Part shown: positions 1 to 7,246 of the stretch, piece by piece
Numbering within the stretch: position 1 is the stretch's first letter
How the letters are laid out: the number at the start of each line of letters is the position of its first letter
From: a virus
Taxonomy: Duplodnaviria > Caudoviricetes
Length of the DNA: 57,795 nucleotides
Reading direction: 5' to 3' (one strand)
IMG/VR virus record: IMGVR_UViG_3300005512_000039
Location: 1-57,795 of that record
The notes under the pieces: model-generated
What the model was told of the DNA's origin: nothing
The model's database searches: none
What the model saw: the letters and a program-made list of their open reading frames with translations, nothing else
Position numbers and translations under genes: made by a program

Positions 1-33
1 CAAAGCGTGACGTTTTAGTTTCGTTAGTGGCTT

Positions 34-261
34 TCATTTGTGTTTCTCTTTTAAAAACACTTTAAAAATATCGTCGAGAACTTCATGGGCATACGACCAA
101 TCTATTAAAAACTCCATATATTTACAAGCCGCCGCCCAATCCTCTAAGGACAAATTGCTTACTAAATCAGGATCAAAAGCTTCTCGCTCCCACCAAGCTA
201 TCACCACAGAATCATTTGGATCGTATGCTTCCAACGTTTTAATAATGTCTGATACTTTCAT
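34..261 (-). CDS. hypothetical acidic early protein
   Basis: 75-aa ORF preceded by ACACGGAGA leader/RBS (268-275); phage-type N-terminus MKVSDIIKTLEAYDPND. Confidence 0.7.
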   Translation of the reverse strand: MKVSDIIKTLEAYDPNDSVVIAWWEREAFDPDLVSNLSLEDWAAACKYMEFLIDWSYAHEVLDDIFKVFLKEKHK

Positions 262-426
262 TTAAATCTCCGTGTTTTAGGGCCTATCCCGTGACCCGAA
301 TAAATAAGGGATATTGACATCATTGCATATCTAAATCTAAAACACAATAGAAATTTCTAAAAATTCTATCTCCGACGGCGGCGGGGCACTTTTCTCTGCC
401 GACTGCGCTCGACGGCCTCTTCGCCA
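262..426. repeat. ~165-bp direct repeat, copy 1 (copy 2 at 57630-57795)
   Basis: 304-426 identical to 57673-57795; 262-303 matches 57630-57672 with a few mismatches/one indel. Confidence 0.95.
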
Positions 427-464
427 AAAATAAGTTTCGCTATCCAGTCAATTAGAAAAAACAT
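366..464 (-). CDS. 32-aa peptide with hydrophobic N-terminus and Arg-rich tail (not in ORF track)
   Basis: MFFLIDWIAKLIFGEEAVERSRQRKVPRRRRR*; TAATG overlap with upstream ORF and GGAGG upstream. Confidence 0.6.
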   Translation of the reverse strand: MFFLIDWIAKLIFGEEAVERSRQRKVPRRRRR

Positions 465-685
465 TATCGAGCACCTCCAGAAAAAACGGTGTCGAAAAGA
501 TTGGAATTCTTGATTCTTTTCGCTCGATCATTGCATAACTTAATTTGAAGATCACGGGCGGTATCCTCAGCATGGATCAAGGCCCTCAGTAATTTATCGT
601 CTTGAATCCCCGCTTGGACTGCTCGGTCGTACATCGATCCCAAATCATCATAGATCAGCCCTAATACTTTAAAATGATCAGTCAT
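464..685 (-). CDS. hypothetical protein
   Basis: 73-aa ORF, AGGAGG RBS, coupled to neighbours. Confidence 0.7.
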   Translation of the reverse strand: MTDHFKVLGLIYDDLGSMYDRAVQAGIQDDKLLRALIHAEDTARDLQIKLCNDRAKRIKNSNLFDTVFSGGAR

Positions 686-893
686 TTTTTGTTACCTCCT
701 TAATCCTAAGCAACTCACTTAAAAGCTCCTCTTTTTCCTCGTATGAGACCTCATCGTCATCCCATGAAAATATTGCTTTTTCTAACCAATTCAAATAAAT
801 ATCCGATGCCTCATCCCACTCAACGATTTCACTTATTTTCGGGTTAGTATCAAGAGGTTCTACATACTGCATAACTTGATATAAGCTAGTCAT
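678..893 (-). CDS. hypothetical acidic protein
   Basis: 71-aa ORF, overlapping start/stop with neighbours. Confidence 0.7.
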   Translation of the reverse strand: MTSLYQVMQYVEPLDTNPKISEIVEWDEASDIYLNWLEKAIFSWDDDEVSYEEKEELLSELLRIKEVTKND

Positions 894-1071
894 TATCGTC
901 CCCCTTTGGTTTAACCATTACTCGAACAGACTCGCCCTCAGAATTCCAAACAGAATTTATAACCTCAAATTTATGCGACGGGCACGTGTCGAGCCATTCA
1001 AAAAGTTTTTTATTCCGTTTTTTAATTGCTCCGGTCATGTTGGAAAAACCATAGCTAACTTCATTCGTCAT
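886..1071 (-). CDS. hypothetical protein
   Basis: 61-aa ORF, AAGGAG RBS; FEWLDTCP motif typical of small phage proteins. Confidence 0.7.
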   Translation of the reverse strand: MTNEVSYGFSNMTGAIKKRNKKLFEWLDTCPSHKFEVINSVWNSEGESVRVMVKPKGDDND

Positions 1072-1171
1072 CTTTTTCTCCTTCCTTCTCCGGTTTAATT
1101 TCAGGGAATGGATTCTCCCCCGCGTTCAATAAATCAATCAACGATTCTCTAACCTTTTCCCAATCAATCAT
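1061..1171 (-). CDS. 36-aa hypothetical protein (not in ORF track)
   Basis: MIDWEKVRESLIDLLNAGENPFPEIKPEKEGEKDDE*; AAGGGG upstream; first ORF after promoter at ~1205-1232. Confidence 0.5.
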   Translation of the reverse strand: MIDWEKVRESLIDLLNAGENPFPEIKPEKEGEKDDE

Positions 1172-1202
1172 CAGTCATTCCCCTTAGTTAAGTAGAACCC
1201 CA

Positions 1203-1232
1203 AGCTTAGTCTAGGCTATGGGTTTTTGTCAA
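1203..1232 (-). promoter_or_regulatory. sigma70-type promoter
   Basis: minus strand TTGACA-N18-TAAGCT. Confidence 0.55.
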
Positions 1233-1253
1233 CTACCTTCCTTACAAAAAATC

Positions 1254-1496
1254 TATATATATACCCTCCCAGAAAAACTTTTTTTAAAAAAACTTTCAGA
1301 CCCCCCCATTAACGCCGATTTGAATTTAACCCCAAGTTACGCAAACTAAGGACTGCTATTTGCTAGTGTAACCGCTAATATGTAACCTTGAATGGCTCTA
1401 CTATGCGGGTCTCAGGGCTAAGTTACATTGTTACGCGAGTTACGGCTATTTTTATTTTTTTTTTCAAAAAATATTTCTCTGGAGGGGTATATATAT
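1254..1496. other. putative replication origin: ~40-bp imperfect inverted repeats enclosing GTTAC/GTAAC iterons
   Basis: TATATATATACCCTCCCAGAAAAACTTTTTTTAAAAAAA (1254-1292) vs reverse complement of ~1458-1496; GTTAC/GTAAC at 1336, 1368, 1382, 1422, 1430, 1439; intergenic. Confidence 0.55.
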
Positions 1497-1513
1497 AAAA
1501 CGTTTTTAATGTC

Positions 1514-1541
1514 CCGTGATCCGCGATCCGTGATCTCTGAT
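1514..1541 (+). repeat. tandem heptamer array CCGYGAT
   Basis: CCGTGAT CCGCGAT CCGTGAT CTCTGAT. Confidence 0.85.
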
Positions 1542-1553
1542 CCTTCTGGTCTG

Positions 1554-1817
1554 TTATTTCCCCCGTCTCCCATGAAGCCAGTCTACTGGCCCGAGGGCCG
1601 CGATCCGTTGGATTTCGCTGACGTGTTCTTGTTTTCGGGAGGGGCCTTGAGGTTTATTTTTCGGGTTTTGCTCGTCGAAGAGTTTTTGTAATTTGTTGAC
1701 GGCTTGTTTGAGTACTTTTTTATTTTCCTCCGAGAGTTTGAGTTGTAATGGTTTGACCACGTCGATGAGCAGTTCGAGTTCTCGTAGGGTGAGGTCTTTG
1801 TGGTAATTTTTTTTCAT
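1554..1817 (-). CDS. hypothetical basic protein
   Basis: 87-aa ORF in early operon. Confidence 0.6.
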   Translation of the reverse strand: MKKNYHKDLTLRELELLIDVVKPLQLKLSEENKKVLKQAVNKLQKLFDEQNPKNKPQGPSRKQEHVSEIQRIAALGPVDWLHGRRGK

Positions 1818-1825
1818 GGTGTTAT

Positions 1826-2026
1826 TTAAACATTTTTTTCGTCTGCTGTGGGCATGACTTCCTCGGCATCGACATCTACTTCCGCAAGGCTCCAGTCTTC
1901 GAACGGGATATTGATTAGGAGTTCACGGCCTTCTCCCACGGCCTCGACGTGATCTTCGGCATCGAGGTACATGGTGTAGGTCATGGTGGCGGTAATTTTA
2001 AATGGTTTTAGTTTTTCGAATTTCAT
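1826..2026 (-). CDS. small acidic protein, DpnD/PcfM-like paralog
   Basis: FKITATMTYTMYLDAEDHVEA pattern; GAGGAGG RBS. Confidence 0.6.
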   Translation of the reverse strand: MKFEKLKPFKITATMTYTMYLDAEDHVEAVGEGRELLINIPFEDWSLAEVDVDAEEVMPTADEKNV

Positions 2027-2184
2027 TCTTCCTCCTCTTTAAAGTCCACTTCATAGCATTCGGCACAAAGGTATCCAATCTCAAAGTCTTGACCGGCGGG
2101 GATTCGGTTGACGAATCGTCCGCTCCCCCACGAGGTGTCTTGTCTGCACTCAAGGCATAGATCGCCCATGTCTTTAACGTTCAT
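2023..2184 (-). CDS. 53-aa Zn-finger protein (not in ORF track)
   Basis: MNVKDMGDLCLECRQDTSWGSGRFVNRIPAGQDFEIGYLCAECYEVDFKEEEE*; two CxxC; ATGA coupling. Confidence 0.7.
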   Translation of the reverse strand: MNVKDMGDLCLECRQDTSWGSGRFVNRIPAGQDFEIGYLCAECYEVDFKEEEE

Positions 2185-2422
2185 AATCCCCCCATACTCT
2201 GGCCTCGGTAGCGGTAATTATTTTCTGATCGATCAACTCGGAGATAGCCTCGTCGCTTCGGCCCGTGGTCAGATATTCGACGAGATGTTGCCGTGGCACG
2301 TGGGCCAAGAGTTCGTATACGTGTTCGAGTTCTTCGTCATCTTCGATACGCTCTAGGGTTTTCCAGATCAGCAAATCTTTATCGTTGCCGAATAGTTCGT
2401 TGGTTAATTTCCATCGGTTCAT
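2174..2422 (-). CDS. hypothetical acidic protein (start corrected to MNRWKL)
   Basis: GAGGAGG RBS before ATG 2422, ATGA coupling. Confidence 0.7.
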   Translation of the reverse strand: MNRWKLTNELFGNDKDLLIWKTLERIEDDEELEHVYELLAHVPRQHLVEYLTTGRSDEAISELIDQKIITATEARVWGDYER

Positions 2423-2574
2423 TCTTCGACCTCCTCTGCGTCTATGGTTACATCTCGTAAATGATCGTCCCAAGCATGATCTTCGGCGGCTATGCGTTCT
2501 GCCTCCTCAAGGCTCTCGGCCTCGATACCGTCGATTCGGTGGTACTGCGTAATGCTTACGTTGTATTTTTTCAT
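2419..2574 (-). CDS. 51-aa DpnD/PcfM-like paralog (not in ORF track)
   Basis: MKKYNVSITQYHRIDGIEAESLEEAERIAAEDHAWDDHLRDVTIDAEEVEE*; GGAGG RBS, ATGA coupling at both ends. Confidence 0.7.
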   Translation of the reverse strand: MKKYNVSITQYHRIDGIEAESLEEAERIAAEDHAWDDHLRDVTIDAEEVEE

Positions 2575-2762
2575 GCCTCAACCTCCGTAACGTAATGATC
2601 GTTTAATAAACCCATCTCGTAGTAATGATCGACATCGGCTTGATCTAAATCTTTGTTATAAAATTTCGCTATTGCTTTTTCCTCTGCTTCTAATTCATTT
2701 TCAGCAGTCACTTCTACCGTGATCGACGCATCTAAAGATAAAGAAACTTCGTATGTTTTCAT
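2571..2762 (-). CDS. DpnD/PcfM-like small acidic protein
   Basis: MKTYEVSLSLDASITVEVTAENELEAEEKA pattern. Confidence 0.65.
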   Translation of the reverse strand: MKTYEVSLSLDASITVEVTAENELEAEEKAIAKFYNKDLDQADVDHYYEMGLLNDHYVTEVEA

Positions 2763-2968
2763 TCGCTAACCTCTGCCACTCGAAAATCGTCGTGGTCATA
2801 GTCTTCTAAGTCTCCACACTCGACGGCATCTCGCAAGTCTTCGAAAAAGTCTTCGAGTTCGCGTTCGGCTTGCTCTCTGGTATCGAAGCTGATGGGCGCA
2901 TCGTTATTGTCTTTCCAAGTGTTGATCCACCCGTCGCACAGAGTGTAGGTTTGTAATTCGTATTTCAT
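2759..2968 (-). CDS. hypothetical acidic early protein
   Basis: 69 aa, AAGGAGG RBS, first gene after promoter. Confidence 0.75.
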   Translation of the reverse strand: MKYELQTYTLCDGWINTWKDNNDAPISFDTREQAERELEDFFEDLRDAVECGDLEDYDHDDFRVAEVSE

Positions 2969-2998
2969 AGTTACCTCCTTTTGTTTAATCGAACTTCG

Positions 2999-3027
2999 AT
3001 TCTGGACTAGGTATGCGAGGTTGTCAA
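2999..3027 (-). promoter_or_regulatory. sigma70 promoter (leftward early operon)
   Basis: minus strand TTGACA-N17-CAGAAT. Confidence 0.65.
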
Positions 3028-3082
3028 CTACTTTTATCGAGTCGGGTCGAATCGACGTTTTTTAGATTGAGTCTAAAATTTA

Positions 3083-3097
3083 TGTTGCACTGCAACA
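3083..3097. promoter_or_regulatory. palindromic operator TGTTGCA-C-TGCAACA (PhaR-box-like)
   Basis: perfect 7-1-7 inverted repeat between divergent promoters. Confidence 0.45.
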
Positions 3098-3111
3098 CAA
3101 TTTAACCCACC

Positions 3112-3124
3112 TAACTTGTTGATT
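3112..3124 (-). promoter_or_regulatory. IHF consensus site
   Basis: minus strand AATCAACAAGTTA = WATCAANNNNTTR. Confidence 0.5.
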
Positions 3125-3144
3125 TAATTAAGAAAAATTAATAG

Positions 3145-3173
3145 TTGACTTTATCTTATATATAGTTTAGACT
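3145..3173 (+). promoter_or_regulatory. sigma70 promoter (rightward)
   Basis: TTGACT-N17-TAGACT. Confidence 0.7.
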
Positions 3174-3233
3174 ATGGGGTGGAAGTGGGGATTTAACTTC
3201 CAACGTTCTTTAACAATTTACACGGAGAAAAAT

Positions 3234-3605
3234 ATGTCAAAAGACAATAGCGATTTTGTTTTGCCTAACGGTTTCTGTTTCCTAGCCGTTACCTTGGGAA
3301 ACTACGGAGTATGGCGAAAGGCCCGCGATCCAATAACAGCGATCCGCGAAGCCTTCAAAGCCAATAGCTCTCGTGGTAAACCTACCCCAATAGCAGTCTA
3401 CTACGGGAAACACGATGAGATCAGCTGTGGCAGTCTTTACGGGGGCCTTAAGTGGAAACAAGACGGCACGGTTCCCGTAGTCGTAGGGCTTTACAAAGTC
3501 ACAACGCATTCGATTAAACCCATGAAACGCGGGGATTTCGGAGAAGATCATCCAGATCAGTTCACTTGGATGAACGATACGATTCAATACATCGAATCGC
3601 ATTAA
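3234..3605 (+). CDS. hypothetical protein, monocistronic (start corrected to MSKDNS)
   Basis: ACACGGAGA RBS, own promoter and terminator. Confidence 0.75.
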   Translation: MSKDNSDFVLPNGFCFLAVTLGNYGVWRKARDPITAIREAFKANSSRGKPTPIAVYYGKHDEISCGSLYGGLKWKQDGTVPVVVGLYKVTTHSIKPMKRGDFGEDHPDQFTWMNDTIQYIESH

Positions 3606-3614
3606 CCACTCAGC

Positions 3615-3637
3615 GGGGGCTTCGGCCCCCTTTTTTT
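3615..3637 (+). terminator. intrinsic terminator
   Basis: GGGGGC-TTCG-GCCCCC followed by T-run. Confidence 0.85.
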
Positions 3638-4925
3638 ATTCCGTGATGGTTCCGGCGGCGATTGTTCGATTATTTTCTTCATCAATAAGGATGAAGGCTC
3701 CGGTGCTTTTATTTTTTTTAAAACGGTCAAATAAAAAAACGTTTTGAGCTTTTATATTGACTTGACCAATTTCATTCATGTTCAGAGTTAAACAAGGTTT
3801 GATTGGCCTTAACGTTTCCATATCAATCCGGTGTTGAATTGATTTTACGCGTATTCGGGTTTCACCACAGGAATGTTTCATAAGGTATGTCCGAGATAAA
3901 TCTAATGGTTTTTCATCAAACCAACACAGTTCAGCCTTGAAGTTGTCCCCTTGAGTCATGGGGGCGGTGACATCGTGAAAAAACATTCCCCTCGACACAT
4001 CAACCTCTTGATCTAAAAATATTGTTACGGACTCCTGAGCGGATACCGATTTAACACAATCTCCCGACGCATTTAGAATACGTGCAACGCTTACTCGATG
4101 TCCTTTCGTTCCAATTAAAACCTCGTCTCCCAAATTAATAACGCCCGAAACGACCAAACCTTGATAACCCCGTAAATCAAGGCCCTCAAAACCAGAGTTT
4201 TTTCGTACATTGTCTCGATTAAGACGCATCACTCTTTGAACTGAAAACCTAAAAGGAAGCGCACTTGAATTATTTGTTAATGGCAGACGTTCTAAATACT
4301 CTAATAAGGTAGGCCCCGCGTACCAGTTCATGTATTCACTTCGAATGGTAACGTTATCCCCTTTAAGTGCAGACACGGGTATTGAATTAACCTGTACGTA
4401 TCCAATAGATACAGCAAGGCGAAAACATTCTTTCGTGATGTCTTGATATGTTTTTTTAGAAAAATTAACTTTATCCATTTTATTGACAGCAAATACCACG
4501 TGGGAAATACCTACCCACCGTGCAAGATATAAATGCCTTCTCGTTTGGTCTTTCACTCCACTCTCGGCATCAATTAAAATAACGACTAGCTCTGCTGAAC
4601 TTGCCGCAGTAACCATGTTTCGGGTGTACTGCACATGACCGGCAGAGTCCCCAACAATAAATTTTCTAGAGGGTGTTGAAAAATAACGATAGGCAACGTC
4701 GATAGTAATACCTTGTTCGCGTTCAGCTAATAGTCCATCCGTAATCAGAGATAAATCAATTTCTTTCATACCGCGTTTTTTCGAGGAAGCTTCAATAGCA
4801 CTTAGCTCATCTATTTGTAAGCTTTTGCTATCAAATAACATTCGACCAATAAGGGTGCTTTTTCCATCATCTACGCTCCCTGCAGTAATAAAACGAAGCA
4901 AACCTGACTCCCCTTTTGCGTTCAT
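3636..4925 (-). CDS. cysN: sulfate adenylyltransferase subunit 1 (GTPase)
   Basis: LRFITAGSVDDGKSTLIGR, DGLLAEREQGITIDVAYRYFST, GHVQYTRNMVT, NKMD, GAFILID motifs. Confidence 0.97.
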   Translation of the reverse strand: MNAKGESGLLRFITAGSVDDGKSTLIGRMLFDSKSLQIDELSAIEASSKKRGMKEIDLSLITDGLLAEREQGITIDVAYRYFSTPSRKFIVGDSAGHVQYTRNMVTAASSAELVVILIDAESGVKDQTRRHLYLARWVGISHVVFAVNKMDKVNFSKKTYQDITKECFRLAVSIGYVQVNSIPVSALKGDNVTIRSEYMNWYAGPTLLEYLERLPLTNNSSALPFRFSVQRVMRLNRDNVRKNSGFEGLDLRGYQGLVVSGVINLGDEVLIGTKGHRVSVARILNASGDCVKSVSAQESVTIFLDQEVDVSRGMFFHDVTAPMTQGDNFKAELCWFDEKPLDLSRTYLMKHSCGETRIRVKSIQHRIDMETLRPIKPCLTLNMNEIGQVNIKAQNVFLFDRFKKNKSTGAFILIDEENNRTIAAGTITE

Positions 4926-5815
4926 TAAAAATAACCTTCCTTTTTTCTTATCTCCATTGATGCTTCGCTTAATTGATCATCTAATCGAGTCGCGCCCCTC
5001 TCTGTGATTTTAGTTTGAGCCGTTTCTAAAATGACTTCCTCAACGTTTTTTGCTCTGGATTCTACGGGGGCAGTACAAGTAATATCTCCCACCGTCCTAA
5101 ACCTCACACTCATTCTTTTTATTTGATCAGATTCTTTTGCGGGAGTAATAGGTGTAACGGGAACTAAAAAATTATTCTTTATAACCACCTCCCTTTCATG
5201 AGCAAAATAAATACTCGGAAGGTTAATCCTTTCACGCTGTACATATTCCCAAACATCTAATTCAGTCCAATTGGATATCGGAAAAACTCGAACGTTTTCT
5301 CCGTCAAAAACTTTGGCGTTATATAAATTCCAAATCTCAGGGCGTTGATTCTTTGGATTCCATTGACCAAATTCATCTCGAAAAGAAAAAATTCTTTCTT
5401 TTGCACGAGCTTTTTCCTCATCCCTTCTAGCACCCCCAATGCAAGCGTCAAAATTATGTTCTGAGATCGCATCCAGTAAGGTTATTGTTTGATACTTATT
5501 TCTTGGTTCCCCCTCGTGTTTTAGATGAACGCGCCCTTGTTTGATAGAATCCCCTACCGATCTTACGACTAAATTTAAATTATTGTCCTTAACAGTTGAA
5601 TCTCGGAAATCAATAACTTCTGGATAGTTATGTTCGGTGTCAATATGAAGTAAGGTAAAAGGTAAGCACTCTGGGAAAAAAGCTTTAAGTCCTAAATGAA
5701 GAACGACGGCAGAATCTTTGCCTCCAGAAAATAATAAAGCCGGATTGTTGCATTCAGCCGCTACTTCTCTAAGTATGTAAATAGCCTCTGACTCAAGTTC
5801 ATCCAAATGCGACAT
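4925..5815 (-). CDS. cysD: sulfate adenylyltransferase subunit 2 (start corrected to MSHLDELESE)
   Basis: LFSGGKDS PP-loop, GGARRDEEKARAKERIFSFRD, RVFPISNWTELDVW, C-terminal SMEIRKKEGYF; TAATG-coupled to cysN. Confidence 0.97.
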   Translation of the reverse strand: MSHLDELESEAIYILREVAAECNNPALLFSGGKDSAVVLHLGLKAFFPECLPFTLLHIDTEHNYPEVIDFRDSTVKDNNLNLVVRSVGDSIKQGRVHLKHEGEPRNKYQTITLLDAISEHNFDACIGGARRDEEKARAKERIFSFRDEFGQWNPKNQRPEIWNLYNAKVFDGENVRVFPISNWTELDVWEYVQRERINLPSIYFAHEREVVIKNNFLVPVTPITPAKESDQIKRMSVRFRTVGDITCTAPVESRAKNVEEVILETAQTKITERGATRLDDQLSEASMEIRKKEGYF

Positions 5816-5820
5816 TAAAA

Positions 5821-6321
5821 TTATTCCTTGTGCGCTTTCAAATACTCTGAAGCGCGAGCCGTGATCCGTGAATCGTCTTTCAGTAGCCCTATGGCGTGGT
5901 TGCACGGACGGCAAAGCAGTCCTCGAACCTTGTTGGTCGAGTGATCGTGGTCTACTGCCATGCGGTAGACGAGTTGCGCTTGGTGTATCCCGCAGATCGC
6001 GCATTGGTAGTTTTGATTTTTGAGCATCGCTTTAAAGTCCTCGAAGGTGATGCCGTACTTGAGAACGAGTTTGCTGTCCTCGACGTTCTTATGAATTTTG
6101 TTTCTAGGGGCAAAGGCGGGGCACTCACGGGCCATGTAATTTTTCTTAATCGAACGGCCTTGTTGCTCGTGTGTTCTCCCGCAGTGTTTACATCGACCGA
6201 TCCACTTCGAGGGTTGTCCAAGGGCAAAGACAACAACGTGATCGTTCTCTTGCCAGAGTAAATCTATGCGTGGCTTACGACTTCTTGTTTCGTGGGCCAA
6301 TGACTGATTCGGGGTTGACAT
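5821..6321 (-). CDS. endonuclease VII-family HNH nuclease (probable homing endonuclease)
   Basis: KYGIT...QNYQCAIC...AVDHDHSTNKVRGLLCRPCNHAIGLLKDD. Confidence 0.9.
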   Translation of the reverse strand: MSTPNQSLAHETRSRKPRIDLLWQENDHVVVFALGQPSKWIGRCKHCGRTHEQQGRSIKKNYMARECPAFAPRNKIHKNVEDSKLVLKYGITFEDFKAMLKNQNYQCAICGIHQAQLVYRMAVDHDHSTNKVRGLLCRPCNHAIGLLKDDSRITARASEYLKAHKE

Positions 6322-6328
6322 CGATTAA
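6267..6328. repeat. 62-bp perfect direct repeat, copy 1
   Basis: TGCGTGGCTTACGACTTCTTGTTTCGTGGGCCAATGACTGATTCGGGGTTGACATCGATTAA, identical at 6990-7051. Confidence 0.97.
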
Positions 6329-6340
6329 AATCATCTTCCG

Positions 6341-6937
6341 TCATGTGTTCTTCTTTTTTTTTATATTCCATGTTGGTGTGTAAAATGTTGATAGCTTAGT
6401 GTTTGGTATTTTTTTTGCGTATATCATTTTTTTATTTGTTGAAACACGTTCTGATTTGTTAGCAAGTCCTTTATGTGTTTTAGTACTACCCATTGTTTCA
6501 CCTAAATAAACCCAATTATCAGCTAGATATAATGTACCTTTACGATAATCTTCTTCTACAACAAAAGTTTCAAACCCATGTACTTTTACTTTATATCTTT
6601 CTTCCCAATCAAACGATATTCTTTTACGCCAACGCGACAAAACAAACGTAGCTAAATTAGGAATGTGTTTTTCTAATCTGAATACGGTGTTGTTTATTAT
6701 TGAAGGTAAAGCTACTTTTTTGTTGTCTTTAGTTAAACCAAAATAATTATCCCTTGTTTTAACCGCCCACACTGAACTAGCACCACTTATTATCCCAATA
6801 ACATTGGAGTCTAAATTAATAATATAGTGAAGTTGTTGTCCATGAGTTCCTTTGTTAGGTACATAATGTCTATTACGAATATTTTGATAAACTGGATCAG
6901 TTCTTTTACAACGAATAAGTTCTATATTAAAAGTCAT
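6341..6937 (-). CDS. DUF4338/Druantia DruA-like (Mom/GNAT-related) protein
   Basis: RHY, RDNYFG, IINNTVF, PNLATFVL, DWEERY, ETFV, GTLYLADNWVYLGETMG motif series; visibly AT-rich. Confidence 0.7.
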   Translation of the reverse strand: MTFNIELIRCKRTDPVYQNIRNRHYVPNKGTHGQQLHYIINLDSNVIGIISGASSVWAVKTRDNYFGLTKDNKKVALPSIINNTVFRLEKHIPNLATFVLSRWRKRISFDWEERYKVKVHGFETFVVEEDYRKGTLYLADNWVYLGETMGSTKTHKGLANKSERVSTNKKMIYAKKIPNTKLSTFYTPTWNIKKKKNT

Positions 6938-6989
6938 AGGTCATCACACTAATTGTCCCCCTGATTTAAGTAAGTCTCCACCAAATACG

Positions 6990-7051
6990 TGCGTGGCTTA
7001 CGACTTCTTGTTTCGTGGGCCAATGACTGATTCGGGGTTGACATCGATTAA
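6990..7051. repeat. 62-bp perfect direct repeat, copy 2 (3' end of xseB)
   Basis: identical to 6267-6328. Confidence 0.97.
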
Positions 7052-7246
7052 GCTGTTGGTTTTCTTATCATACACTTGGATTTGTTGCTGAACGTTTTTT
7101 AATTCTATATCGCAAAAGTTAATCAGCTCCATTCCCTTTTTGTACAAGGCTAAGGCTTCGGATAGCGGTAGATCGTCCTCTTCCATTCGGGTAACACACC
7201 CCTCCAGTTCTTTTAAATTTGCTTCGAACGGTTTTTGTTTACTCAT
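6998..7246 (-). CDS. xseB: exodeoxyribonuclease VII small subunit
   Basis: FEANLKELEGCVTRMEEDDLPLSEALALYKKGMELINFCDIELKNVQQQI matches the XseB pattern. Confidence 0.9.
   Translation of the reverse strand: MSKQKPFEANLKELEGCVTRMEEDDLPLSEALALYKKGMELINFCDIELKNVQQQIQVYDKKTNSLIDVNPESVIGPRNKKS

Noticed and set aside
1428-1691. Plus-strand 87-aa ORF
   Set aside because: It spans the inverted repeat, T-runs and heptamer array and is antisense to a better ORF; likely spurious
4925-5815. CysD read as a DndC/SspD phosphorothioation enzyme or PAPS reductase
   Set aside because: It carries CysD-specific motifs and is coupled to CysN; no cysteine desulfurase or other dnd/ssp genes were recognised
5816-6004. 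63-aa N-terminal extension of CysD in the ORF track
   Set aside because: It overlaps the endonuclease gene in another frame; CysD similarity begins at MSHLDELESE (5815)
6940-6990. CTCCACCA resembling a tRNA/tmRNA 3' end or att site
   Set aside because: No T-loop (GTTCRA) or cloverleaf upstream, and no integrase in the genome
6267-7051. 62-bp repeats as a CRISPR array or IS ends
   Set aside because: Only two copies ~660 bp apart, direct rather than inverted, with no cas or transposase gene
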